From: Eledone cirrhosa
Taxonomy: Eukaryota
Reading direction: 5' to 3'
Assembly: GCA_964016885.1 (NCBI GenBank)
Contig: OZ024741.1
Coordinates: 187,302,001-187,366,000, forward strand
DNA length: 64,000 nucleotides
Part shown: positions 41,117 through 51,489 of the stretch, one piece after another
How the letters are laid out: the number at the start of each line of letters is the position of its first letter
Numbering within the stretch: position 1 is the first letter of the stretch
Translations under genes and position numbers: made by a program
The notes under the pieces: model-generated
Seen by the model: only the letters and a program-made list of their open reading frames with translations
The model's database searches: none
What the model was told of the DNA's origin: nothing

Positions 41117-41151
41117 GTTTAAAATAGAGTGGAAAAGATGGGAAAGACCAC

Positions 41152-43242
41152 TTACCGTATTTTTGGTAGAGGAGGGATGGTTTTTACATCCCTTTTCACT
41201 TGATCGTCTGGTGAAGGGACCGTTGAATCGTCCCTTCGGCTGGTCGTCGGCTCTTCTAAGAGAATGTCTGAATATACTCTTCGATTAATGGTTCCTCCTA
41301 GGTCCCTGAAATCACCAACTGCGTTGGGGAATTTCGTTTTAATGTTTGTGTATTGTTTCTGTGCTATTTTTAGCAGTCTTATGTTAGTTGGCGTTTTGAT
41401 TGGTGCTGGTATTATGTAGTCCTGTTGTGAAATGTCTGTGTGTTCAATTATGTAAGTCATTAGTTTCTTGTTGTGTGTGTTTATTGCCGTGCATTTGTTT
41501 TTCTGGGGGTGGGGTGTGGTTCTGCTATTTTCTTGTCGTTGTTGCTGGGTGTGTGTGTTTTGTTGTTGTGTTTGCGATGTTGGTGCTTGTGGTGGTGGTG
41601 TTGAAGGTGTTGTTGGCGGTGGGGTTGTCGCCGGTGGTGATGGTGGTGCTGGTGTGGGTGGTGATGGTGTTGGTGGTGTTGCTGCTGTGGGTCTCTTTGC
41701 AGTAGACTTTACCCTTTTCTCATTTCTTTCCTCCCTTTTCAAAGGCGACGATGCGCTGCTTCTGCGTTTGTGCCTTCTTGAGACCTTTTGCCATCCCTCT
41801 CCCACCTCACACTCCATGTCTGATTCTGTAAGGTCGGGGAGGGGTACCAGCTCCACTCTTTCACTTGTTGTTGTTGGTGATGTTTGCACTGGAGTCTCTG
41901 TTGCAGCTGCATTTGGTATTGCTGTTGTTGTTGTTAATATTTCCACTGCTGCTGCTGTCTTTGATTTCCGTGGAGTGGGTATGGGTGCCACGGACCTATC
42001 GTTCCTGGTTGCCGCTTGTCCTGTTGCTGGTAGCCGTGGAACCGGATTCGGGAGGAGGGGGGTTTTCTCCTTTCTCAGGGTCTTCTCGTTGCAGAAGGCC
42101 CTGAGGTGAGTCTTCGATCCACAGCGAAAGCATTTCGGGCGTTTGCCCTCAACACTTATGGGCAGTTGAGTGCCGTTATCGAAGTCTATCACATCCGGGA
42201 TAGCTTCGATGCACTCCTGGTTGGTTTGGATTAGCATCTCAATGGAGGAGCCGACCCAATCTTCTCTTACTTTTTTCTGTACTTGCAGTACAGTTGTTTT
42301 GTCCTCGATTCCGACGAGGACAGACGCGGCCAGCCAAGAAGGGGTCATTCCGGGGGGGACGTGGGTCAGTTTGACCCTCACAATTTTTTGCCCGCAGTAG
42401 GAGGGCACCAACACCATTTCCTCGCTCCTTAGGGTCACTACTGATTGGGCCTTTGCCTCCTGGGGTGTGGCAAAAAGTACGTCTACGGTGGCGTATTTTT
42501 TGCCTCGGGTGATGTGCGTTTTCCTCTGCCACACAGACCCCAAGGCTTTTTGTATTTGGGCCTCTGTGGCTCTTTCCACCCTACGGGATTTTGTACTTAC
42601 TGTACGGTACGTGACCGTACAGTGCTCTTGGGTTTCGAAAAAATTTTTCGCTGCTTTGCAGATTGCTCGGTGTCCGTTCTTTGTCACCATCTTCTTCGCT
42701 TCCTCTAATTCCTCATTTGTTATGAGGATTGTTTCCAAGTTTTTCGCAATACCTGCAAATGAGATTGGTTTGTCTCTGCTGTTGTTGTTGTCGTCAGAGC
42801 TGCTGGTACTTTTGTTGTTGCTGCAGGTACTACGACTACTGCCTCCGCCGCTGTTGCTGTGGTTGTTGTTGGTGTTGCTGCTGCTAATGCTGTTGTTGTT
42901 TATGCTGCTGGTGATGCTGTTGCGGCTGCTACTGTTGTTTTCATTGTCACTGTTGTTATTACGGCTGCTACTGCTATTATTCCTGACGTCAGACGAATGA
43001 ACTGGGTTTTTGTATTTCCCGCACACCTGTTTCGTCGCTGTCGTCGTCGTCGTGGAGAAACTTTGCACGCTTTGCACGAGACTTTTCTTTTCTTTCGTCA
43101 CTTGCGAAAGAGAAGGGAGGGAGAGAGACACATTTAAAGAAGGGAGGGAGAGAGACAATCTTCTCTCTGCTGTAGTGATGATTGAGGAAGAAGAAGACGG
43201 AATGAGTGGGAGTGACGTATGAAATTTCTTTTTCGTAGCCAT
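41152..43242 (-). CDS. Tx1 ORF1, gag-like nucleic-acid-binding protein (696 aa)
   Basis: Long ORF upstream of ORF2 with a CCHC knuckle CFRCGSKTHLRAFC, a Ser/Asn-rich N-terminal tract and a Pro/Thr/Gln-rich C-terminal tract. Confidence 0.92.
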   Translation of the reverse strand: MATKKKFHTSLPLIPSSSSSIITTAERRLSLSLPSLNVSLSLPSLSQVTKEKKSLVQSVQSFSTTTTTATKQVCGKYKNPVHSSDVRNNSSSSRNNNSDNENNSSSRNSITSSINNNSISSSNTNNNHSNSGGGSSRSTCSNNKSTSSSDDNNNSRDKPISFAGIAKNLETILITNEELEEAKKMVTKNGHRAICKAAKNFFETQEHCTVTYRTVSTKSRRVERATEAQIQKALGSVWQRKTHITRGKKYATVDVLFATPQEAKAQSVVTLRSEEMVLVPSYCGQKIVRVKLTHVPPGMTPSWLAASVLVGIEDKTTVLQVQKKVREDWVGSSIEMLIQTNQECIEAIPDVIDFDNGTQLPISVEGKRPKCFRCGSKTHLRAFCNEKTLRKEKTPLLPNPVPRLPATGQAATRNDRSVAPIPTPRKSKTAAAVEILTTTTAIPNAAATETPVQTSPTTTSERVELVPLPDLTESDMECEVGEGWQKVSRRHKRRSSASSPLKREERNEKRVKSTAKRPTAATPPTPSPPTPAPPSPPATTPPPTTPSTPPPQAPTSQTQQQNTHTQQQRQENSRTTPHPQKNKCTAINTHNKKLMTYIIEHTDISQQDYIIPAPIKTPTNIRLLKIAQKQYTNIKTKFPNAVGDFRDLGGTINRRVYSDILLEEPTTSRRDDSTVPSPDDQVKRDVKTIPPLPKIR

Positions 43243-43457
43243 GTTGTTTTTTGTTTAAAATGAAATTTTGGGTACAAAACCCCAATAACTGGTTATTTAA
43301 CCCCGAAGGGCCAAATAACGGACAGAAAGACCCCTCTCACGAGGAGGAGGGTGTCTTTATCAACAATTTGGTTCAAGTTTTAAACAATTTACAATTGTTT
43401 TAACGGTTAAAAATTACTATACCTTACAGAGCCGAGCCTCCGTCAACCATGGCATTC

Positions 43458-43492
<35 letters not shown>

Positions 43493-43762
43493 TAATAATG
43501 ATTTCTTTATTAACCACAAGGGTTTACATAAAGTAGACATTAAGGACAGTGCAGGACAATGCAGGACGGTACAAATGGGCATTTCTGCGTGTAAAAAAAA
43601 CAAAAACAGAGGATGTAACAAAAATAACAATGAAAATAACAATGAAAAATTCCCCAATAGGGGGGAGACTTCGGAGGGACATTTGTGGAGAAAGCCCAGT
43701 AAAAAGCCACAATGACCCTGACCACCAAGGCAAGTGCCCTCTCCCAGTTTTCCACCTTTAGT

Positions 43763-46700
43763 TTACAGATATATACTCAGAGTCGGCCCATTCACTCGGG
43801 CCATTCTTGCTTCTCTCACCCATCTTTCAACAAAATGCTGGGAAGAGAGCACTTCCTTCTCTACTCTGATTTTCCTTTTCAAATGAAATTTGAAAAAGTC
43901 AATCAGAGCATCACCGAAGAGGTAAGTGCTCGTCTTCAGCCCTTTCAAACGTGTCCACCATACTATCTCTTTCGCCATGGCCACCAGACAGATAAAAACT
44001 GCCTGCCCTTCCCGGCTAAAGGAGGAGGGCGGGGCAATCCTCACGATAGACTCAGATGATAGCTGGATCCGTCCTAAACGCGACAGCAGGTGTTCGACAT
44101 AAACCCACAAGTCAGCAATTTTCGGACACTGGACGAGTGCGTGCAGGACGGTTTCGTCGCCCTGCGCGCATCTCGGACATGCCCGGCTGACGGCACCTCC
44201 ATGCCTGTAGAGTTTATCCCGAACTGGCAAGGCTCCTCGGTAGCACTGCCAGGCCAGAGATTTCTGGAAGTTGTCCATAGGCCCTGGCCCGAAAGTTCTT
44301 CCGAAGAGATTGGCTAGTTGATTTTCGTCGACGCCTAGAGTTTCCCCAAGTACGTCGTCGCTCTTCCCCTCCACTAATCCTCTATAGAACGCCGAGGTGG
44401 AGTTTCCACCGATCACATTGCCCGATTGGTCGAGGGCTGTGAGCGCCTGAAGACATTCCAGTCTCCAGGCGCTCCCTCTCGGTCTTCGCTTGACCCAGGA
44501 CTGCAGCTCCGTCAAGGAAACGAGCTGGGGAAAAACGCGTCTAGCAAACGGCGACCACACCTGATCACCGTCGAGGAAGAGGTGGAGATGTCGTAGCCTG
44601 AGCGCGTGCCTGCGCATCATCAGCCACGGCATGCCCAGCCCTCCACGTAGCGGGTGTTGACAACAGATGGACCGCCTGACCATCGGAGCACGTCCCTTCC
44701 ACAAAAAGCGAAAGAGCAAACGCTCCAGCGCAGTCAGGCGAGGCTTAGGACAAGGTACGACGGTTAGGCGGTAGCAGATGACAGACGCGATGTACGCGTT
44801 AGCCACCTCCGCTCGACCTTTCAGGGATAGCTTCCTCTCCGCCCATTTCTGGGTGAGAGAAGCCACCCTGCTCGTCACCTCGTCCCAGTTTTTGTCCGTC
44901 TGGAGGTCCGGACCGAACCAGACCCCTAGCAATTTAACCGGTCCGTCCGTCCAGCGCCCGACGACGCTGTTGGACGGCATGGACCTGCCTCTCCAGGTGC
45001 CGAGCTGCAGGCCCACTGACTTTTCCTGGTTGATCATTGCTCCTGTCACCGCTTCGTATTCTCTTAGTGTAGTGCCGATCGCCTCGATGTGTTTGGCGTT
45101 CGACACCACTACGGTGACATCGTCCGCATATGCTGACACGGATCTTCCGCATCCTAGTTCGCGCGGGACTCCCCTCAACGTCTCCAGTTTGTGCAGTAAT
45201 GGCTCGAGAGTCAATACGTACAAGAGGGACGAGAGGGGACATCCTTGGCGGACCGAGCGCATGATGTTGAACGGTTCCGACAGGTGACCGTTCACTCTCA
45301 CCACAGAGCAGATGTCGCTGTGCATGGCAGCGATCCAGCCTCTGAAGACGGGCCCAAAGCCAGCCGCCCTCAGGACTGCCGCTAGGTAACGATGGTCGAC
45401 CCTATCGAAAGCTTTCGACTGATCTAAATTGATCAAGGACCCACCCGTGCCAGGTTCCCTAGCTACCCTCTCTACGATGTATCGCATGAGGTGGAGGTTG
45501 TCGTGGATGGATCTGTCGGGAATGGCGCATGTCTGCGCCTCTCCCACCAGACCACCAACGACAAGCGCCAACCTCTTTGCTAGCACCTTGGCCAAAATCT
45601 TAAACTCTGTGTTTAGCAGAGTTATGGGCCGGAAATTGTCTATGTTATCCCCCTTGTTCGGATCCTTTCTCAGCAGTGCCACCGCTCCTCGGCTCACAGA
45701 ACTGGGAATTCTCCCGTTCTGTTGCCAGTTGCAGTAGACGTCCGCCAAGAGGCCTCCGAACAAGTCTGGCATCTGTACGTAAAGTTCATAGGGCAGACCA
45801 TCCAAACCAGGCGATTTACCCCTTGTGCAGCCAGTCATTGCCTCCCTTACTTCAGCGGCTGTTATCGGCTTTTCGCAACACTTCGCCTCAGTGGCCGAGA
45901 GCCGCGGCAGTCCGTCGAGGTAGACACTAAAGTCCATCCCTCTACCCGGCCCCCCGCTGCCCCCGAACAGCTGAGCGAAGTGTCGCTGAAAAGCTTCACA
46001 CATTTGCCCGGGATCGAGTAGCATGCGCCCGTCGTGGTCCACCAAAGACCGGATCGTGGCTTTGTTGCCACGACGCGCCTCCGCCACTCGGGCCCATTGA
46101 ACGGCTTTCGTCCCCTCGTGTCTGAGAGCACGCACCCTAGCTCTGACAACGCAGCCTTCGTGCTTTGCATTGAAGAATTGGTCAAAGGCCAATTTCGCCG
46201 CAAGCACGTCGGTCGCAATGCCTTTGCTAAGCGCCTCGTCTAATTTTCTAACTAGTTCTCCCTCTGCTCTATTTTTCTCTATTGCTAAAGCCTTACTAAA
46301 CCTAATCGATTCTATTCTAATCGCTCTTTTCAGAGCAAACCACCACTTGTTGTTGACGATGGCCCCCGTCAACGCCCGCTTAACTAGTTCGCTAATCCGG
46401 TCTCTGTAGGCCTTGCGCGCTGGTAAGGACGCGTTTAGCTTCCAGTAGCCGGGTCCTCGTCTATGAAGCCTATCTAAGTCAAGCACACAGATCACGAATT
46501 TGTGGTCCGTGTAGCTGACTATCTTGAATTGTGGACAGCCTATGCTAGACCTATCTATTTCCCTACAAAATACTCTATCTAGATATGATCTGGATGACCC
46601 TATGCGGTTTGTCCAAGTCCACATTGGCACATTCGGGAAATCCAATCGGTACCTGTCAGACAGTTCAAAACGCCTGAGCAGGTTGGTGAGGCTCTTGCAC

Positions 46701-47182
46701 CCTCCACCCCTATCCGCTAATCCCACACAGTCCCAGCGTGCATCTAAGATCCCGTTCCAGTCGCCCACTAACACTAAAGAGCGCGACGTTCCAAGAAAGG
46801 TCTCCAGACGCCGGAAGAAATCAGGCCGCCCTGCTCCTGTCGGGGCATAGACGGCCACTAGCCTGAAAGCTTGCCCGTCTCCGCTGGTCACGTCCAGCAC
46901 CACCAGCTTACCCTCTGGGTCCAGGAAGATGGCCCGTATGGCGAGATCCAAACCTCTCCGAAAAAGCACAGCAACTCCTCCACCCGATCCAGGACGGCTG
47001 GGAGATGCGTACACATCGTAGCCGCCGAAGATCGGTGCGAAGGCCCGTGCTTCGGAGATTCTGGTCTCGCTGATGGCCACTACATCTATGTTTAGTGACC
47101 TGAGGTCGTTGAGCAGGTGACCCTGCTTCCATGACGACCCCAAGCCACGCGCATTTATGCTGCCTATTCTGAGTGAGGTCAT
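43763..47182 (-). CDS. Tx1 ORF2 (APE-RT, 1139 aa), copy 2
   Basis: Same motifs as copy 1. Differs at KLALDQ/KLAFDQ and EARCC/EAKCC. Confidence 0.97.
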   Translation of the reverse strand: MTSLRIGSINARGLGSSWKQGHLLNDLRSLNIDVVAISETRISEARAFAPIFGGYDVYASPSRPGSGGGVAVLFRRGLDLAIRAIFLDPEGKLVVLDVTSGDGQAFRLVAVYAPTGAGRPDFFRRLETFLGTSRSLVLVGDWNGILDARWDCVGLADRGGGCKSLTNLLRRFELSDRYRLDFPNVPMWTWTNRIGSSRSYLDRVFCREIDRSSIGCPQFKIVSYTDHKFVICVLDLDRLHRRGPGYWKLNASLPARKAYRDRISELVKRALTGAIVNNKWWFALKRAIRIESIRFSKALAIEKNRAEGELVRKLDEALSKGIATDVLAAKLAFDQFFNAKHEGCVVRARVRALRHEGTKAVQWARVAEARRGNKATIRSLVDHDGRMLLDPGQMCEAFQRHFAQLFGGSGGPGRGMDFSVYLDGLPRLSATEAKCCEKPITAAEVREAMTGCTRGKSPGLDGLPYELYVQMPDLFGGLLADVYCNWQQNGRIPSSVSRGAVALLRKDPNKGDNIDNFRPITLLNTEFKILAKVLAKRLALVVGGLVGEAQTCAIPDRSIHDNLHLMRYIVERVAREPGTGGSLINLDQSKAFDRVDHRYLAAVLRAAGFGPVFRGWIAAMHSDICSVVRVNGHLSEPFNIMRSVRQGCPLSSLLYVLTLEPLLHKLETLRGVPRELGCGRSVSAYADDVTVVVSNAKHIEAIGTTLREYEAVTGAMINQEKSVGLQLGTWRGRSMPSNSVVGRWTDGPVKLLGVWFGPDLQTDKNWDEVTSRVASLTQKWAERKLSLKGRAEVANAYIASVICYRLTVVPCPKPRLTALERLLFRFLWKGRAPMVRRSICCQHPLRGGLGMPWLMMRRHALRLRHLHLFLDGDQVWSPFARRVFPQLVSLTELQSWVKRRPRGSAWRLECLQALTALDQSGNVIGGNSTSAFYRGLVEGKSDDVLGETLGVDENQLANLFGRTFGPGPMDNFQKSLAWQCYRGALPVRDKLYRHGGAVSRACPRCAQGDETVLHALVQCPKIADLWVYVEHLLSRLGRIQLSSESIVRIAPPSSFSREGQAVFICLVAMAKEIVWWTRLKGLKTSTYLFGDALIDFFKFHLKRKIRVEKEVLSSQHFVERWVREARMARVNGPTLSIYL

Positions 47183-47217
47183 GTTTAAAATAGAGTGGAA
47201 AAGATGGGAAAGACCAC

Positions 47218-49299
47218 TTACCGTATTTTTGGTAGAGGAGGGATGGTTTTTACATCCCTTTTCACTTGATCGTCTGGTGAAGGGACCGTTGAATCGTCCC
47301 TTCGGCTGGTCGTCGGCTCTTCTAAGAGAATGTCTGAATATACTCTTCGATTAATGGTTCCTCCTAGGTCCCTGAAATCACCAACTGCGTTGGGGAATTT
47401 CGTTTTAATGTTTGTGTATTGTTTCTGTGCTATTTTTAGGGGTCTTATGTTAGTTGGCGTTTTGATTGGTGCTGGTATTATGTAGTCCTGTTGTGAAATG
47501 TCTGTGTGTTCAATTATGTAAGTCATTAGTTTCTTGTTGTGTGTGTTTATTGCCGTGCATTTGTTTTTCTGGGGGTGGGGTGTGGTTCTGCTATTTTCTT
47601 GTCGTTGTTGCTGGGTGTGTGTGTTTTGTTGTTGTGTTTGCGATGTTGGTGCTTGTGGTGGTGGTGTTGAAGGTGTTGTTGGCGGTGGGGTTGTCGCCGG
47701 TGGTGATGGTGGTGCTGGTGTGGGTGGTGATGGTGTTGGTGGTGTTGCTGCTGTGGGTCTCTTTGCAGTAGACTTTACCCTTTTCTCATTTCTTTCCTCC
47801 CTTTTCAAAGGCGACGATGCGCTGCTTCTGCGTTTGTGCCTTCTTGAGACCTTTTGCCATCCCTCTCCCACCTCACACTCCATGTCTGATTCTGTAAGGT
47901 CGGGGAGGGGTACCAGCTCCACTCTTTCACTTGTTGTTGTTGGTGATGTTTGCACTGGAGTCTCTGTTGCAGCTGCATTTGGTATTGCTGTTGTTGTTGT
48001 TAATATTTCCACTGCTGCTGCTGTCTTTGATTTCCGTGGAGTGGGTATGGGTGCCACGGACCTATCGTTCCTGGTTGCCGCTTGTCCTGTTGCTGGTAGC
48101 CGTGGAACCGGATTCGGGAGGAGGGGGGTTTTCTCCTTTCTCAGGGTCTTCTCGTTGCAGAAGGCCCTGAGGTGAGTCTTCGATCCACAGCGAAAGCATT
48201 TCGGGCGTTTGCCCTCAACACTTATGGGCAGTTGAGTGCCGTTATCGAAGTCTATCACATCCGGGATAGCTTCGATGCACTCCTGGTTGGTTTGGATTAG
48301 CATCTCAATGGAGGAGCCGACCCAATCTTCTCTTACTTTTTTCTGTACTTGCAGTACAGTTGTTTTGTCCTCGATTCCGACGAGGACAGACGCGGCCAGC
48401 CAAGAAGGGGTCATTCCGGGGGGGACGTGGGTCAGTTTGACCCTCACAATTTTTTGCCCGCAGTAGGAGGGCACCAACACCATTTCCTCGCTCCTTAGGG
48501 TCACTACTGATTGGGCCTTTGCCTCCTGGGGTGTGGCAAAAAGTACGTCTACGGTGGCGTATTTTTTGCCTCGGGTGATGTGCGTTTTCCTCTGCCACAC
48601 AGACCCCAAGGCTTTTTGTATTTGGGCCTCTGTGGCTCTTTCCACCCTACGGGATTTTGTACTTACTGTACGGTACGTGACCGTACAGTGCTCTTGGGTT
48701 TCGAAAAAATTTTTCGCTGCTTTGCAGATTGCTCGGTGTCCGTTCTTTGTCACCATCTTCTTCGCTTCCTCTAATTCCTCATTTGTTATGAGGATTGTTT
48801 CCAAGTTTTTCGCAATACCTGCAAATGAGATTGGTTTGTCTCTGCTGTTGTTGTTGTCGTCAGAGCTGCTGGTACTTTTGTTGTTGCTGCAGGTACTACG
48901 ACTACTGCCTCCGCCGCTGTTGCTGTGGTTGTTGTTGGTGTTGCTGCTGCTAATGCTGTTGTTGTTTATGCTGCTGGTGATGCTGTTGCGGCTGCTACTG
49001 TTGTTTTCATTGTCACTGTTGTTATTACGGCTGCTACTGCTATTATTCCTGACGTCAGACGAATGAACTGGGTTTTTGTATTTCCCGCACACCTGTTTCG
49101 TCGCTGTCGTCGTCGTCGTGGAGAAACTTTGCACGAGACTTTTCTTTTCTTTCGTCACTTGCGAAAGAGAAGGGAGGGAGAGAGACACATTTAAAGAAGG
49201 GAGGGAGAGAGACAATCTTCTCTCTGCTGTAGTGATGATTGAGGAAGAAGAAGACGGAATGAGTGGGAGTGACGTATGAAATTTCTTTTTCGTAGCCAT
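47218..49299 (-). CDS. Tx1 ORF1 (693 aa), copy 2
   Basis: Same as copy 1 except that it lacks one VQS repeat and has IRPLK in place of IRLLK. Confidence 0.92.
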   Translation of the reverse strand: MATKKKFHTSLPLIPSSSSSIITTAERRLSLSLPSLNVSLSLPSLSQVTKEKKSLVQSFSTTTTTATKQVCGKYKNPVHSSDVRNNSSSSRNNNSDNENNSSSRNSITSSINNNSISSSNTNNNHSNSGGGSSRSTCSNNKSTSSSDDNNNSRDKPISFAGIAKNLETILITNEELEEAKKMVTKNGHRAICKAAKNFFETQEHCTVTYRTVSTKSRRVERATEAQIQKALGSVWQRKTHITRGKKYATVDVLFATPQEAKAQSVVTLRSEEMVLVPSYCGQKIVRVKLTHVPPGMTPSWLAASVLVGIEDKTTVLQVQKKVREDWVGSSIEMLIQTNQECIEAIPDVIDFDNGTQLPISVEGKRPKCFRCGSKTHLRAFCNEKTLRKEKTPLLPNPVPRLPATGQAATRNDRSVAPIPTPRKSKTAAAVEILTTTTAIPNAAATETPVQTSPTTTSERVELVPLPDLTESDMECEVGEGWQKVSRRHKRRSSASSPLKREERNEKRVKSTAKRPTAATPPTPSPPTPAPPSPPATTPPPTTPSTPPPQAPTSQTQQQNTHTQQQRQENSRTTPHPQKNKCTAINTHNKKLMTYIIEHTDISQQDYIIPAPIKTPTNIRPLKIAQKQYTNIKTKFPNAVGDFRDLGGTINRRVYSDILLEEPTTSRRDDSTVPSPDDQVKRDVKTIPPLPKIR

Positions 49300-49514
49300 G
49301 TTGTTTTTTGTTTAAAATGAAATTTTGGGTACAAAACCCCAATAACTGGTTATTTAACCCCGAAGGGCCAAATAACGGACAGAAAGACCCCTCTCACGAG
49401 GAGGAGGGTGTCTTTATCAACAATTTGGTTCAAGTTTTAAACAATTTACAATTGTTTTAACGGTTAAAAATTACTATACCTTACAGAGCCGAGCCTCCGT
49501 CAACCATGGCATTC

Positions 49515-49549
<35 letters not shown>

Positions 49550-49714
49550 TAATAATAATGTCCGTTTACAATTGTTTCTCTACTCCAGATAATGCCTTTA
49601 CGGTTTTGGCTTCTAACTAATTCACTAATCTCTCTTGTCCTCTCCTATCTCCATCTCTCTCTTTAAGATTGGTTACTCTTGAACTGTGTATATATATATA
49701 TATATATAAATATA

Positions 49715-49761
<47 letters not shown>

Positions 49762-49849
49762 TCCAGGTTCTATCTCACTGCAGTAATATCTACTACTATA
49801 GCTTCCAGGCACCAATGGTTTGTGTGTCGTAGAATTTGATAAATGGAAA

Positions 49850-50024
<175 letters not shown>

Positions 50025-50807
50025 TGTGTGTGTGTGTGTGTGTTTGAATTTGATGTGTTTGTTCATTTGCACCTTCCTTTTGAATGTAAAGATCTAGCTT
50101 TGTAATTCAAAGAGAAATAAAAAAATAAGTTGGATGATTTTAGCTATTTTCTAGAACTTTATTGCATATTTATATATAAATATTCCTTCCAACGCAGAAT
50201 CATGAGGTTTGTTAATCTTTAATGAAGAGACATCAATCTCTGAAATACAAATATAAGAATAATCTATTATGTTCGATTACAGAGGAATAGTTGAAATTGT
50301 TTATACTTCAAACGACATTCTTTACATAAGGTAGGCTTATAATTTTAAAACGGTAGTTATATTGAAACTAAATATACTTTAAAATTTACAATTATACACT
50401 GTGTAAATAATGTATGTGTAAAGTCAAATGTTTTCAACAAAGCACGTCTTATTTCATCCAAAGACCTCTATATTTACTGAGATGATAATACATCACTATT
50501 TGAGCAACCAACAAATCCCACAATCAATTATATCTGTGTGTGAGTGTTTAAGTTTGACCGTCGTTTTTACAGGTCAGATGATATTATATACATACACACA
50601 CACATATATAGATACGTAAATATATATGGATATGTTTATGCATCTGTATATATGTATGTGTGTGTGTGTGTGTGTGTCTGTCTATGTGTGTGTTTGTGTT
50701 TTTGTGTGTGTGTGTTTGCTGAGGGAGGGTGCGTGAATGTGTGTGTGTGTGTGTGTGTTTGTGTGTGAGCGTGTGTGTGTGTGCGCGTGTGTGCGTGCGT
50801 GTGCGTG

Positions 50808-50920
<113 letters not shown>

Positions 50921-51489
50921 GTAATGCGGAAAGAGGGTGCGTGTATGTGTGTGTAGATATAATGGACAGACCGGAAAATGTGGAAAGATTAAAAGAAGAC
51001 TTAGAAAATAATTCTGATGTAAAATTGAATATCCAGCCCATTCCAAATAAAACTACTAGCAATAGAACAGGCAGACAATAAATAACAGATATATATCAAG
51101 TCTGTCTACACAGAAGACGCTAACAAATCGTTGTAGGCATAGGTGGGTGGTTAAAACGTTCACTTTGTAACTACGAGATTCAGTTCGATTGTATCCATTA
51201 CCCACCATGTTTGGCAAGAAGAAGCTTTTAACAGGTCAGTTTACAAATAAATATTCGTAGTTGTTACTTTACGATGTTTATGATAAGTGTGTTCGTATTC
51301 TGATGAACAACCAAATAGCAGTGAAACAACCTTATGTTTTGTATGGGCAAAGATAATAACAAATTGTTTTCTAAATTTCTTTAAATTCTCATAGTATGTC
51401 TTATAGACTGTAGTCATTAGTCATAAATACATTAAGTTTCGCTTCAATTGTTTTTTATATGCTGCATTGTGTTTATATAGCTAGATAAA

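Larger units (their letters stand above)
37434..43457 (-). mobile_element. Full-length L1/Tx1-clade non-LTR retrotransposon, copy 1 (intact)
   Basis: ~215-nt 5'UTR, ORF1, 35-nt spacer, ORF2, ~260-nt 3'UTR with AATAAA just before an (ATT)n tail. Flanked on both sides by (AAT)n (37368-37433, 43458-43499). Confidence 0.95.
43500..49514 (-). mobile_element. Full-length Tx1 retrotransposon, copy 2 (intact, head-to-tail with copy 1)
   Basis: Near-identical to copy 1 at an offset of 6066 bp over ORF2, with a few SNPs and a 9-bp ORF1 indel. 5' flank is (AAT)10 AAA (AAT)4 at 49515-49559. Confidence 0.95.

Noticed and set aside
43321-43358. HDV-like ribozyme suggested by CCTCCTCGTG
   Set aside because: P3 and P1 pairings could not be built. 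A simple GNRA hairpin explains the sequence.
37646-49279. Plus-strand and alternative-frame ORFs overlapping the Tx1 copies
   Set aside because: Shadow ORFs of GC-richer coding DNA. They recur only because the element is duplicated.
50196-50330. Possible plus-strand exon (CAG| .. AAG|GTAGGC)
   Set aside because: No convincing open frame and no partner exons identified.
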